A stretch of 64,000 bases of DNA from Octopus sinensis (GCF_006345805.1 NC_043004.1:57970001-58034000), one strand, 5' to 3'. Counted from the stretch's first letter, positions 1 to 11,357 are shown. Program-made: numbers and translations. Notes: generated by a model not told the origin, from the letters alone.

Positions 1-784
1 GAGAGTACGGATGTGGTTGTTTGTGCATGATTAATTAATTGTATCTATATATGTGTGTGTGTAAGTTGCTATAAATATACTTTGTATATGTTTAATTTTG
101 GGGAAAATTTTTAGCCAGAAGAATTTGTACCATTGTAGAAGATGCGAATATCAGCAACAAACGCCTAACAGAACTATGAGAATGTTTGCTCAAGCAAAAA
201 CACCCGTCTCTACTAATAGAAAATGACATACAGTGGGCTATAAAAGTACCCATACAACAACTAAGGACAACCCAAAGAAGAGGAAAACAAGAACAAGTCA
301 TACCATTTATAGTGACATACAACACATGTCACCAGAATATCTTCAACGTTGCCAAATCAAACCTACAAATCATTGCTCAAAGTAATGAATTAAAAGATAA
401 TCACAGTTCGAGCTGTGATGAATTAACCTAAAAACTTGGAAAAATTATTAACAAAGGTAAATATTGACCTTAGCAACAAAGCCCAATCAATTACTGTATC
501 TAAATGCAATGACAGCCGATGTGGCACATGCCAATTCATGCATACCGGCCAATATATGAACACAAAAACCGGGAAAATATTCACAAAAGCAAATTCGAAC
601 TGCAAAAGCAGAAATTTGATTTACTGCATCAAATGCCCGTATTGTGAAGAGCTATATGTGGGTCAAACTGGAAATGCACTATCAGAACGTTTACGTGTGC
701 ACCGAGAGCAACTTAGAGACCCAGATGTTCGTCAGATACCTTTGAGTCACCGTCTAGCAACATGTGGTCGAAAAATATTTATAA

Positions 785-1297
785 CTAGCAGTATCGCCCG
801 GCGTTGCTCGGGTTTGTAAGGGAAATAACTATATAAGCATTTTTAGAGAGTTACTTCCCTTATAGATGCCAATTCGGGCTTTCTTAGCCATTTCTGTTCT
901 GGTGTCTTCAAGCCATGAAGTCGTTGTTCTAAAAGAACGCTGGTCTCCTTGACAACGCTTTACGACGTTGATTTCGTTACACTCCCTTCCCCACAGCTTC
1001 ACGAGGGAGGGAAGAAGGGGGAGAAGAAAACAGGTGCAGGTGTGACCATGGACGCCACCTCCGCCGCCATCGACACACGAAAAATTATGCATTAAAATGG
1101 AATAAAAAATTATGTTAAATTATTTTTAAAATCGTAGACTCATCGTAGACGCGCGCTAATAGCCAGACGGGCTCGATATGAATCACGACTATAAGATACC
1201 CGAATTTGGTTAAACTGCACCGCAAAATGTGGGAGTAGTTAGGAATCTAAATCGAAGGGGACAGACACTCACACAACTACAGTTTTATATATATAGA
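785..1297 (-). mobile_element. Non-autonomous Helitron-like element, copy 1
   Basis: Minus strand starts TCTATATATATAAAA and ends CCCGAGCAACGCCGGGCGATACTGCTAG (subterminal hairpin plus CTAG). Inserted between A and T with no TSD. Homologous to copies at 12960, 19391 and 60684. Confidence 0.88.
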
Positions 1298-1941
1298 TAT
1301 TTCCATTCCACAAACTACACAGCTCAAGTGAAATCGAGAGAAAAATCAGAGAAAAGAACTTTAATAAATTCCAATCCAAGCTAAATAGACAATTAATAAT
1401 AATACTTAAATCTACTGTTTCTACTGCTACGACCACTACCACTAATAGCAACAACAATACTAAAGGTTCCCGTGAAGACGATAGCAGGAAAATATTAGCT
1501 AAGTCAAGAGAAAAGTTAGTGAAAATAATCTTATTTAGGGTTTATAATCTTATTTAGGATTTAAAATCCTATTACCACAGCTACTCCTACCACTACCAAC
1601 CATCAACGACTGCAATAATAAAGGCGATGATAATGACGATGATGATAATTGAAATGTAAAAATCTCTGGGAAATATTGTTTACAACATTTCTTAAAATAG
1701 CCAAACAACTACTGCTTTGGCAAGGGTCAAAATACAGGTCTCTTGGCATGTTCAACAAACCGTGACGCTTAAACCAAACACCAATCAACTTAAGCAATTT
1801 AGTAAAGCCACACACTGATTAGTCAGAATACAGTTCGCAAAAGTTAACATTCTGGAGCCTATACAAATGTATTTAAGGCACACATTTTAGCCATCTCACT
1901 ACAGATGTAAATTGTAAAACATAACTGTCACTTCTACTATA

Positions 1942-1986
1942 TGAACCTGAAGATTGCATAGCTTAATACATGAAAGTACTAGTTCA
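1942..1986 (+). ncRNA. Minimal type I hammerhead ribozyme-like motif in the PLE 3' region (stem II decayed)
   Basis: tgaac-CTGAAGA-ttgcatagcttaatacat-GAAA-gtac-TA-gttca. Stem I tgaac/gttca, conserved boxes present, palindromic agtact at stem III. Confidence 0.65.
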
Positions 1987-2394
1987 GTCAGAATGGACAT
2001 TTAATATTCTATCATTTCATATTATCTTATATTATATTATTATGAGATTGTAAATAAAATGTGAAAGTCAAAGTTGGAATTTCTTTGAGTAATGCATTTT
2101 TTTATACACAATCACATACATCCGTATATCAACTAATCTCATCTCCTAATATACCCCAAATAATTTTTTTCCACAGAAATCGGAGGGGTGAGTAGGTTGA
2201 ACCCTCGGAAATTCCCTCCGCACCTCCTAAGACCGGTCCGAGTTAAGCTTTTAATATTTTAATTCACTGAAATTTTTGCGTATCTCGTTCGGTATTTTAT
2301 AAGAGGCATGAAGTATATCTCCAAGTTGTCACTTAACGCAATAAGAAATAGCAGCCAAACGACCCTTGTATAACTTGCTACCATCTCCAAGAAA

Positions 2395-2640
2395 AAAAAA
2401 CTCCTCCAAAGACCCCACTGTTCAAGTAACTTCCTCCATCGGTTGTACTTGCGTTTTGAGTACACTGTCTCGTCTATTTCAGCGATCTTTCCTTGACCAA
2501 CTATCTGAACTGGGTTGTGGAGCCGGTCCCTCGCACACAACTCACGAACATAACTGTTGTAAATAACAGCTGTACTGGGATTCATACCCAATTCTTCCGT
2601 ACAAAACGGATTGAGGTAATTTCCTTGACCCAGGCGTATA
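2395..2640 (-). pseudogene. Merlin/IS1595 (ISXO2-like) DDE transposase fragment
   Basis: YVRELCARDRLHNPVQIVGQGKIAEIDETVYSKRKYNRWRKLLEQW matches the IGGxGxxVEIDExxxxKRKYNRGR...QWVFGG motif. Frameshifted, and truncated by a SINE at about 2644. Confidence 0.85.
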
Positions 2641-2643
2641 AAA

Positions 2644-2978
2644 AAGTGTCTTCTACTATAGCCTCGGGCCGACCAAAGCCTTGTGAGTGGATTTGGTAGA
2701 CGGAAATTGAAAGAAGCCCGTCGTATATATGTACATATATATATGTGTCTGTGTGTGTATATATATGTTTGTGTGTCTGTGTTTGTCCCCCCAACATCGC
2801 TTGACAACCGATGCTGCTGTGTTTACGTCCCCGTAACTTAGTAGTTCGGCAAAAAGAGACCGATAGAATAAGTACTAGGCTTACAAAGAATAAGTCCTGG
2901 GGGTCGATTTGCTCGACTAAAGGCGGTGCGCCAGCATGGCCACAGTCACATGACTGAAGCAAGTAAAAGAGTAAAAGA
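2644..2978 (+). mobile_element. SINE family A, 5'-truncated
   Basis: Matches the body, internal microsatellite and ...ccagcatggcc.cagtca.atgactga..caagtaaaaga tail of the full copy at 5041. Confidence 0.9.
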
Positions 2979-3622
2979 TAAAAACAGAATACAATCGAAT
3001 ATTGAAAGAAAATTAGTGGTGACGTAACCGAGTGACGTCGCCTTGAACAATGGGCTTTAATCTTACAAGGAGTGTGAATTATCGCATTAATTCCCGGTTG
3101 CGTATCTCTTAAAACAAGCAGAAGAATCAATGAAGAGAATGTTTAAAGTACATATTTATTGTTTCATTTATTTCTGTACTTTCTCAACTTTACTTGAGCG
3201 CTCTATGATTTCGCCAATAGCACCCCATCACCCTATAGATTAGCTTGATTTATTTTCACATAATTATCTTATGCAGATCAGGTAAACCAAGGCCATGAAT
3301 ATATTAGCCTTATCTTATCCACTTTTTTACTATGTGCATGGCGTCTGATAAGTAACTTCAGTAATTTATCGTTTTAAATATGCTAATTTTCCAGGTTTCC
3401 TTGCGTGCGATATTCTACAAGAACCTCATGATTCTCTCTCGCTTCTTACTTGGTGTATTGCATGCATTGGCAGTAGCTTCACTTACGACATACTGCTTTT
3501 GCTAATAATGATATACAAATAAAAATAACTCAGTGAAAACTTAAGGTTGTTGCTGCTGTTGTTGTCGCCGGTAGTGATATTGTTTCGCCTCAGGCTAAAT
3601 CTGTTTTACTTAGTAAAATGAA

Positions 3623-3623
3623 A

Positions 3624-3672
<49 letters not shown>

Positions 3673-3924
3673 TTCCCTTCCACTCTCCTTCTCTTTCTCT
3701 CTATCTATCCTTCTATCCATCGATCCATCTACCTGTCTGTCTGTCAGTCTATTTATCTTTCTAACTTTCTGTCTATCTATTTGTCTATTTCTCTAACTAC
3801 CTGTTTAGCTATCTTTCTGTCTAGCTATCTGTATATCTGTCTATCATTTTTGTCCATATATGCATTTGTCTATGTATATGCCTATCTATCTATCTCTCTG
3901 TCTCTCTCTATCTCTATCTCTTTC

Positions 3925-3978
<54 letters not shown>

Positions 3979-4532
3979 ATTCTTATCTATCTGTCTACCA
4001 CTATTTCTCTCGATCTATCAGCCACTCCAGTTAGATTCTGTCAATTTTCTCTTTCACCCATTCTCTGTATACTTCACCCTCACACCCTCCCTCTATCTTA
4101 CTCTCTCTCTCTCTCTCTCTCTCTTGTTTTTTTATCTCTTTGTCCATATGTGCATTTGTCTATCTATCTATCAGTCTATGTATATGCCTATCTATCTATC
4201 TATCTATTTATCATTCTTATCTATCTGTCTATCACTATTTCTATCGATCTATCAGCTACCCCAGTTACATTCTATTTTCTCTTTCACCCATTCTCTCTAT
4301 ACTTCACTCTCACGCCTTCCCTCTATCTCTCTCCCTCTCTCTCTCTCTATCTCTCTCTCTCTCTCTCTCTCTTTCGTTTTCTCCTCTCTTTCTATCTATT
4401 ATTCTATCAATAAGTCACTTCAGTTAATCCTATGATATACTATTTCATTATATCAAAAGTTTTGTTTCAGTACGCTGTCTTAGGCATTCGTATCTATAAT
4501 CTCTTCCAGCCACTTTCTCTGTCTCTTTCTTC

Positions 4533-4626
<94 letters not shown>
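3623..4626. repeat. Pyrimidine-rich (CT)n/(CTAT)n tract with an internal ~290-bp imperfect duplication
   Basis: tttgtccatat.tgcatttgtctat...ttttctctttcacccattctct.tatacttcac occurs at about 3849 and about 4139. Confidence 0.9.
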
Positions 4627-5040
4627 GAAATGATCTCCCGCATGCGCTCTTTCTAGCTTACCCATTCACTCCGTAATCTATCTAGCTATCATACACTCTT
4701 TCTGTCTCCACCTTATTACATCTTACTACTTTTCTATATTTTTAAATCTCATGATACACAGGTTATTGTTCAGATTATTGTTAGTGAAGTTTAAGTTTTC
4801 CTCCAAACGGTAATTTGATCTAATTGTACTTTATCTATGGCACTATAAAGTCAGTTTCGTCAGTTTCTGTTTGAGTATGCGCATGGAAGAGTGCCAGTGG
4901 TAGAGGATGTCGAATATTTTGACTTATAAGTATATGCACGTTTATGTGCGTTACTGTACATGCACACAAATAGGCACACACCCATTCACAAACGTGTTCA
5001 TGTGTGTGAGTGTGGTCGCGCGATCAACAATATATATATA

Positions 5041-5447
5041 GGCGCAGGAGTGGCTGTGTGGTAAGTAGTTTGCTAACCAACCACATGGTTCCGTGTTCAG
5101 TCCCACTGCGTGGCACCTTGTGCAAGTGTCTTCTACTATAGCCTCGGGCCGACCAAAGCCTTGTGAGTGGATTTGGTAGACGGAAACTGAAAGAAGCCTG
5201 TCGTATATATGTATATATATATGTATGTGTGTATGTGTTTGTGTGTCTGTGTTTGTCCCCTAGCATTGCTTGACAACCGATGCTGGTGTGTTTACGTCCC
5301 CGTCACTTAGCGGTTCGGCAAAAAGAGACCGATAGAATAAGTACTGGGCTTACAAAGAATAAGTCCCGGGGTCGATTTGCTCGACTAAAGGTGTTGCTCC
5401 AGCATGGCCGCAGTCAAATGACTGAAACAAGTAAAAGAATAAAAGAG
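5041..5447 (+). mobile_element. SINE family A, full length
   Basis: tRNA-like head ggcgcaggagtggctgtgtggtaag...ggttcagtccc, CORE-like ccttgggcaagt segment (consensus; ccttgtgcaagt in this copy), internal (TA/TG)n, (gtaaaaga)n-type tail. More than 15 copies or relics in the window. Confidence 0.92.
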
Positions 5448-5489
5448 AATATATATATATATATATATAGATTCGACTTTTTTTACTTA

Positions 5490-5806
5490 TTTTTGCAGCC
5501 TAGTACTTATTCTAAGTTACAGGGACGTAAACACACCAATATCGGTTATCAAATGGCGATAGGAGGAGGTGCACAGACAGACATACAGACACACACATAT
5601 ACGACGGGCTTCTTTTAGTTTCCATCGGCCTGTGGGTACAGTAGGAAATATTTTCCTAAGGTGCTGAGCAGTGGGACTGAACCGAGAACCATGTGGTTGG
5701 GAAGCAGGCTTCTTACCACACAACCTATATATATATATATATATATATATAGGCGCAGGAGTGGTTGTGTGGTAAGAAGCCTGCTTCCCAACCACATGGT
5801 TCTCGG
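5490..5806. mobile_element. SINE A on the minus strand (5490-5725) with an inverted duplicate of its head (5752-5806)
   Basis: 44-bp perfect inverted repeat, 5682-5725 and 5763-5806, around (TA)n. Confidence 0.85.
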
Positions 5807-6339
5807 ACAAGCAAAAAAGAAAAAAAGAGATACAGGACAATAAGCACAACGAAAAATCCCCTTCTTCAGTCGCTAAGGTTTCATCTACTCTACGTTTCGA
5901 AGGATAAAAGCGAGACGTATACTTCGAAGAAACTTCCTTCCTGCGAAAAGCAAATCAATTAAAATTCTGAGATCTTTTCGCAGAGGGGTAAAAAATGGTA
6001 AAAAAAGCAAGACGGTAACGACAATACAACACTATAAACAGTAAAAAAAAATTATATATAAACAGTTGAAAAATAAATATATAACAGTGAGAGACAGGAC
6101 AAGGAGAACAAGATAAGAAGGGCTGTTTACGCCAGACGAAAAAAGTAATGCAAACGCTGGATTATAGTGGACGACGAGGAGAGAAAGAATGTCGACCAGT
6201 GGCCTTAGAAGGCGGGCGAGAAAAGACAGGATAGCAGTTACGACGGAAGTATCGTCGCAGATGGACGACGGGAATGGGGGAGGAGGAGCAAGAGGAAGAG
6301 AGAGAAGAAGGGGAATGGTGCGAGGAGGACATGAAGAAT

Positions 6340-6370
<31 letters not shown>

Positions 6371-7127
6371 ATGAAGAAAGAGAGAGAGAAGAGAGAAGAG
6401 GACAAGTTAAGTGAGGGAAAAAGGACGAAAAAGGGAATGGGAGAGAAAGAAAGAAAGATGCAGAGTCGCGTGAGAGTTCATATCAAGGCTAACTTGATAA
6501 ACAGAACAATCTTACTTAATAGGGTGCGTGCGTTTAGTCGTATAATATGTTAATAAAATAGAACATAGCATATATATAAACATATATGTACGTACCTACC
6601 TCTACATGTACATATACACGCATATATGTGTACAGGACACCAAAAAGACGTCGAACACATAGAGAGACGAAAACATAGACACAAACCAAGGAACAGGACA
6701 AGCAAAAAAAAAAAAAAGAGATACAGGACAATAAGCACAACGAAAAATCCCCTTCTTCAGTCGCTAAGGTTTCATCTACTCTACGTTTCGAAGGATAAAA
6801 GCGAGACGTATACTTCGAAGAAACTTCTTCCTGCGAAAAGCAAATCAATTAAAATTCTGAGATCTTTTCGCAGAGGGGTAAAAAAAGGTAAAAAAAAGCA
6901 AGACGGTAACGACAGTACAAACATATAAACAGTAAAAAAAAATTATTATATAAACAGTTGAAAAATAAATATATAACAGTGAGAGACAGGACAAGGAGAA
7001 CAAGATAAGAAGGGTGTTTACGCCAGACGAAAAAAGTAATGCAAACGCTGGATTATAGTGGACGACGAGAGAGAAAGAATGTCGACCAGTGGCCTTAGAA
7101 GGCGGGCGAGAAAAGACAGGATAGCAG
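5805..7127 (-). mobile_element. Partial tandem direct repeat (about 430 bp x2: 5805-6237 and 6696-7127), probable PLE pseudo-LTR
   Basis: Near-identical copies. Minus strand carries cGAAAcgta and CTGAAGA boxes. A diverged third copy lies at about 7597-7896. PLE identity is inferred. Confidence 0.6.
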
Positions 7128-7138
7128 ATATATGTGTG

Positions 7139-7204
<66 letters not shown>

Positions 7205-7233
7205 CAAAGAGAGAGGGAGAGAGAGAGAGAGAG

Positions 7234-7550
7234 GTCACTAAAGTGACAAAGGGCTCTAATCAGCACCTGTGTTGCTAGAAATAAGAGTCTAAACAACTCA
7301 ATAGCCACGGAAAGCACTATCTAAATGATTGACAAGGGAGGCAAGCTCCTTACATCAGTGGCTATGTCCGCTGTTGTAAGGGGCTTGCCTCCCTTGTCAA
7401 TCACTAAGATAGTGCTTTTCATGGCTATTGAGTTGTTTTGACTCTTATTTCTAGCAATACAGGTGCTGACTAGTGGCCTTTGTCACTTTAGTGACGTCTG
7501 TAATTCTGCTTGTAAAGCTGTAAAATTGCGAATAAGCCATCCATATCATG
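7234..7550. mobile_element. Fold-back element (inverted repeat 7234-7495, ~125-bp arms) with a one-sided tail
   Basis: gtcactaaagtgacaaagg...cctttgtcactttagtgac. Arms are highly complementary; flanked by microsatellites. Confidence 0.8.
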
Positions 7551-7584
<34 letters not shown>

Positions 7585-7596
7585 TGTATGTATGTA

Positions 7597-7896
7597 GAAC
7601 AATCTTACTTCGAAAGGGATGCGTGCGTTCCGTCATATAATATATTAATAAATAAAACATATGCATATATATATACATATATGTACGTACCTACCTCTAC
7701 ATATATATACACGCATATATGAGTATAGGACGCCAAAAAAAACGTCGAACACAATGAGAAACGAAAACATAGACACAAACCCAAGGAACTGGACATTTTT
7801 CTTAAACAACAAAAAAATAGGGTACAGGACAAATAACACAAGGAAAAAACCCCTTCTTCAGTCGCCATGGTTTCATCTACTCTACGTTTCGAAGGT
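7597..7896 (-). repeat. Diverged copy of the 6500-6800 repeat
   Basis: Shares gtacgtacctacctctacat, gaaaacatagacacaaacc and ccccttcttcagtcgc...ggtttcatctactctacgtttcgaagg. Confidence 0.8.
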
Positions 7897-8021
7897 GAAG
7901 GCGATACATACGTATGTATGTATGTATGTATGTATGTATGTATGTATGTATGTATGTATATTCTTCTATTCTGCTGTGCATTTCAACCTATATACATATG
8001 AATGCATATTTGCTTTCACAG

Positions 8022-8183
8022 GACCGTGACAAAATCAGTCAAAAGGTTGTTGTTAGTTATTTTGGTTCTTTGCGTGTAAACATGGGATATGTCTTTCATC
8101 ATCTTGGTGTCGCTACATGTCGTGCCATTCAAGAGCTGAAGTCGTTGCTTCTCGCGAAACCTAAGACCATCTTAACCGCATAA
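8022..8183 (+). other. Possible exon / open frame in unique sequence (DRDKISQKVVVSYFGSLRVNMGYVFHHLGVATCRAIQELKSLLLAKPKTILTA*)
   Basis: Preceded by the acceptor-like tatttgctttcacAG. 53 open codons. No homolog recognised. Confidence 0.25.
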
Positions 8184-9883
8184 TAGTTCCCTTCTCTCCG
8201 GACAGAGTAATTCACTGCGATCCCCACATACAGAACCTCAGCATACATAGATAAGTGTCGAGCGCTTAGGCCGTGAGAACAATGGGTGACTGCCCAGGGG
8301 GCTCATGTCGTAAAGTGAGCGGTATTGTATTTCCCCAACTGTTAGAATCAGTTAAACAACATTATAAAGGGGTCGTATGGATGAGGCGAGGCATTCACTG
8401 GGACCCATGCATTCAATAAAGAGTAGGGAGCTGAATGAGGTAATAACCAGATCGTGTCATCTTGCATGCAACAAATGCCATGCATAGGGAAAAGAGATGG
8501 CAGGCCGGTGTGCTGTTTGCTCGTGTGTGTGTGTGGTAATCAGCGCAATTTATTTGTTGCATAAATTATTACCGTAACTCATACATACCTTTGCAATAAT
8601 TGACGGCTGTTCTGTGGCACAGATGGACAGACATATGGCGCCTGGGCTTTCAATCTTACTAGACTGAATAAATACCAACAATGATTAAATGAAAACGGCT
8701 ATCGATACAGTGTTTGATTGCCAAGAGATAAACTTTTTAATGTCACAAGTTTATGACTGATGATCTTGTCAAACGCATCATGTGATCTTGATGTCGTTAA
8801 GGATTGAAATATTTCCAGCAGTTTCCTCTGTGACAAGTACTTAACACCATAGAAACTGCTCTGTATTTGATACGCAATTTACGTCTGTGATTGTAATTTC
8901 CTGCGTTTATGAGAGTATAGTGATGTGTACACATGTCATAGTGATTTTTAAATTATAATCTTACGCAAATACCACATATAGTTCCTCATCATTGTCTTTT
9001 AATACATCGAGTTATTTTCTTTCCACATAATGAAATGGAATGTTTGCACACTATAGCCTTCCAAAATAAACTGAGATACGGTTTTCAAAAGGAATATATT
9101 TTTTAAGAAAATTCAATGTATAACACTGCATGTGAGCAAAAGTTAATTCCAGTTTCTATGTTGAATCACAAAATATATTTTAGAACATTTCGTAACGTTT
9201 CTCTTCAATTATTCACTTCCATACACAATATTTGTTTCGTATCTTCATAGAATTTCTTATTTATTTCCTTTCGTTTTTCCTTTATTTCTTAACGACTTTA
9301 CTTCAATCCTGACATTTATTCTAGTTATTCATCTAAGCTCAATACAACATATATGCGTATATAAATGTACATACCTGATATATTAATTACGCACACACAC
9401 ACATGTACCTTTTCTCATGTGCACACGACTCGAAATACGCGCGCATACGCTCTTTTCAACTACGCGTATAACTCCTTTCAATTTCCATATTCACTTTGCA
9501 TCCATTTTACTCATTTTATATATTTATACTTTCAAAACACAAACAAGTATTCTTCTACGCACATAGATATGGATATACACTCCATTACACACACACACAC
9601 ACACACACAGATATATGTGTATGTATGTATTTATGTATATATGCATGTATGTGTATATGTCTTATATAAATGTTAGATCAAGGTTATTATTTTAAAGCAC
9701 GCTTGAAAACAACGGAACCCTTTATGACGTTGCGACTTTAAACTGAGAGCATGTGTGCAACCGTGTGAATGCATGTATATATACATATATATGTGTATTT
9801 GTGTGTGTGTGTATGTATATATATGTATATATAATCAGGTATGCACCTATATGTACATATATACATACATACTATACACTGTT

Positions 9884-9914
<31 letters not shown>

Positions 9915-9924
9915 CTGCTGCTGC

Positions 9925-9971
<47 letters not shown>

Positions 9972-9990
9972 CTGCTGCTGCTGCTGCTGC

Positions 9991-10033
<43 letters not shown>

Positions 10034-10279
10034 GCTGCTGCTGCTGCTGCTGCTCCGATTACACGTCAACAACAACAGTGAAAGTACTTAAAAAAACAGA
10101 CATGGAAAACAGTCTGACATTCAAACGAGCACTCCACTCTGACAAACCGCTTTGTGTGTGTGTATGCATACGTTCAAATGCACAATTTCACACACACACA
10201 CATACATGTGTGTCTGAATGTGAGTGTGCGTTTGAATCGGAGCAGCAACAGCAGCAGCGGCAGCAGCAGCAGCAGCAGC

Positions 10280-10307
<28 letters not shown>
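9884..10307. repeat. (GTT/GCT)n tract at 9884-10053 and complementary (CAG/CAA)n tract at 10241-10307
   Basis: Read directly from the sequence. Confidence 0.95.
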
Positions 10308-10310
<3 letters not shown>

Positions 10311-10440
10311 CATATACACACATATATATATGTGTGTGTATGTGTGTATGTGTGTGTATATATATATGTGTGTGTGTGTGTATATATATATGTGTGTGTG
10401 TATGTATATATATGTGTGTGTGTGTGTGTGTATATATATA

Positions 10441-10486
<46 letters not shown>

Positions 10487-10551
10487 GGTGTGTATATATA
10501 TATATATATATGTGCGTGTGTGTGTATATGAATATATTATTTATATATACC

Positions 10552-10978
10552 CTTTTACTCTTTTACTTGTTTCAGTCATTTGACTGCGGCCATGCTGGAG
10601 CACCGCCTTTAGTCGAAAAAATCGACCCCAGGTCTTCTTCTTTGTAAGCTTAGTACTTATTCTATCGGTCTCTTTTTGCCGAACCGCTAGTCTACGGGAA
10701 CATAAACAAACCAGCATCGGTTGTCAAGCGATGTTGGGGAGACAAACACATACACATATATATATATATATTTATATATATATATATATATACATACATA
10801 TATACATGCATATATACAATGGGCTTCTTTTCAGTTTCCGTCTACCAAATCCACTTACAAGTCTTTGGTCGGCTTAAGCTATAGTAGAAGACACTTGCCC
10901 AAGGTGTCACGCAGTGGGACTGAACCGGGAACCATGTAGTTGGTAAGTAAGTTACTTACCACAGCCACCCCTGCGCCT
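10552..10978 (-). mobile_element. SINE family A, full length
   Basis: Reverse complement of the family A consensus. Confidence 0.9.
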
Positions 10979-10979
10979 A

Positions 10980-11078
10980 TGTATACGTATATATATATAT
11001 AATATATATATGTTTATATATATGTATATATATATATGTATATATATATGTATATGTTTATATAATATATATATGTAT

Positions 11079-11124
<46 letters not shown>

Positions 11125-11184
11125 GTATATGTTTATATATATATATATGTATATGTTTTTATATATATATATATATGTATATGT

Positions 11185-11217
<33 letters not shown>

Positions 11218-11224
11218 GTTTATA

Positions 11225-11268
<44 letters not shown>

Positions 11269-11319
11269 GTTTATATATTATATGTATATGTTTATATATA
11301 TATTATATATATATATGTT

Positions 11320-11357
<38 letters not shown>

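Larger units (their letters stand above)
111..2050 (+). pseudogene. Decayed, 5'-truncated Penelope-like retroelement: RT C-terminal/linker region, Cys-rich GIY-YIG endonuclease, 3' pseudo-LTR region
   Basis: From 111 reads LARRICTIVEDANISNKRLTEL*ECLLKQKHP...VIPFIVTYN (stop at 177-179, frameshift near 430), then KCNDSRCGTC...NCKSRNLIYCIKCPYCEELYVGQTGNALSERLRVH (GIY-YIG pattern). Removing 785-1297 restores the frame: CGRKIFIIFPFHKLHSSSEIERKIREKNFNKFQSKLN. 3' boundary approximate. Confidence 0.9.

Noticed and set aside
3020-3052. Two CRE-like motifs (TGACGTAA, TGACGTCG) and a SOX-like AACAATG
   Set aside because: Short motifs expected by chance in 64 kb; no TSS or conservation evidence is available.
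3394-3520. Acceptor-like ttttccAG followed by short open frames
   Set aside because: No convincing donor, no recognisable peptide, and the frames close within about 40 codons.
3781-4656. ORFs up to 210 aa rich in LSIY/SLSL
   Set aside because: Translations of (CTAT)n/(CT)n microsatellites.
5024-5618. Recurring peptides such as FRLPNPLTRLWSARGYSRRHL and MFIERKHLKLHEAPAG across the window
   Set aside because: Chance frames in SINE families A and C; they recur only because the SINEs do.
10078-10647. PolyQ-containing 189-aa ORF
   Set aside because: Made of (CAG/CAA)n, (TG/TA)n and a SINE tail; no splice or domain support.
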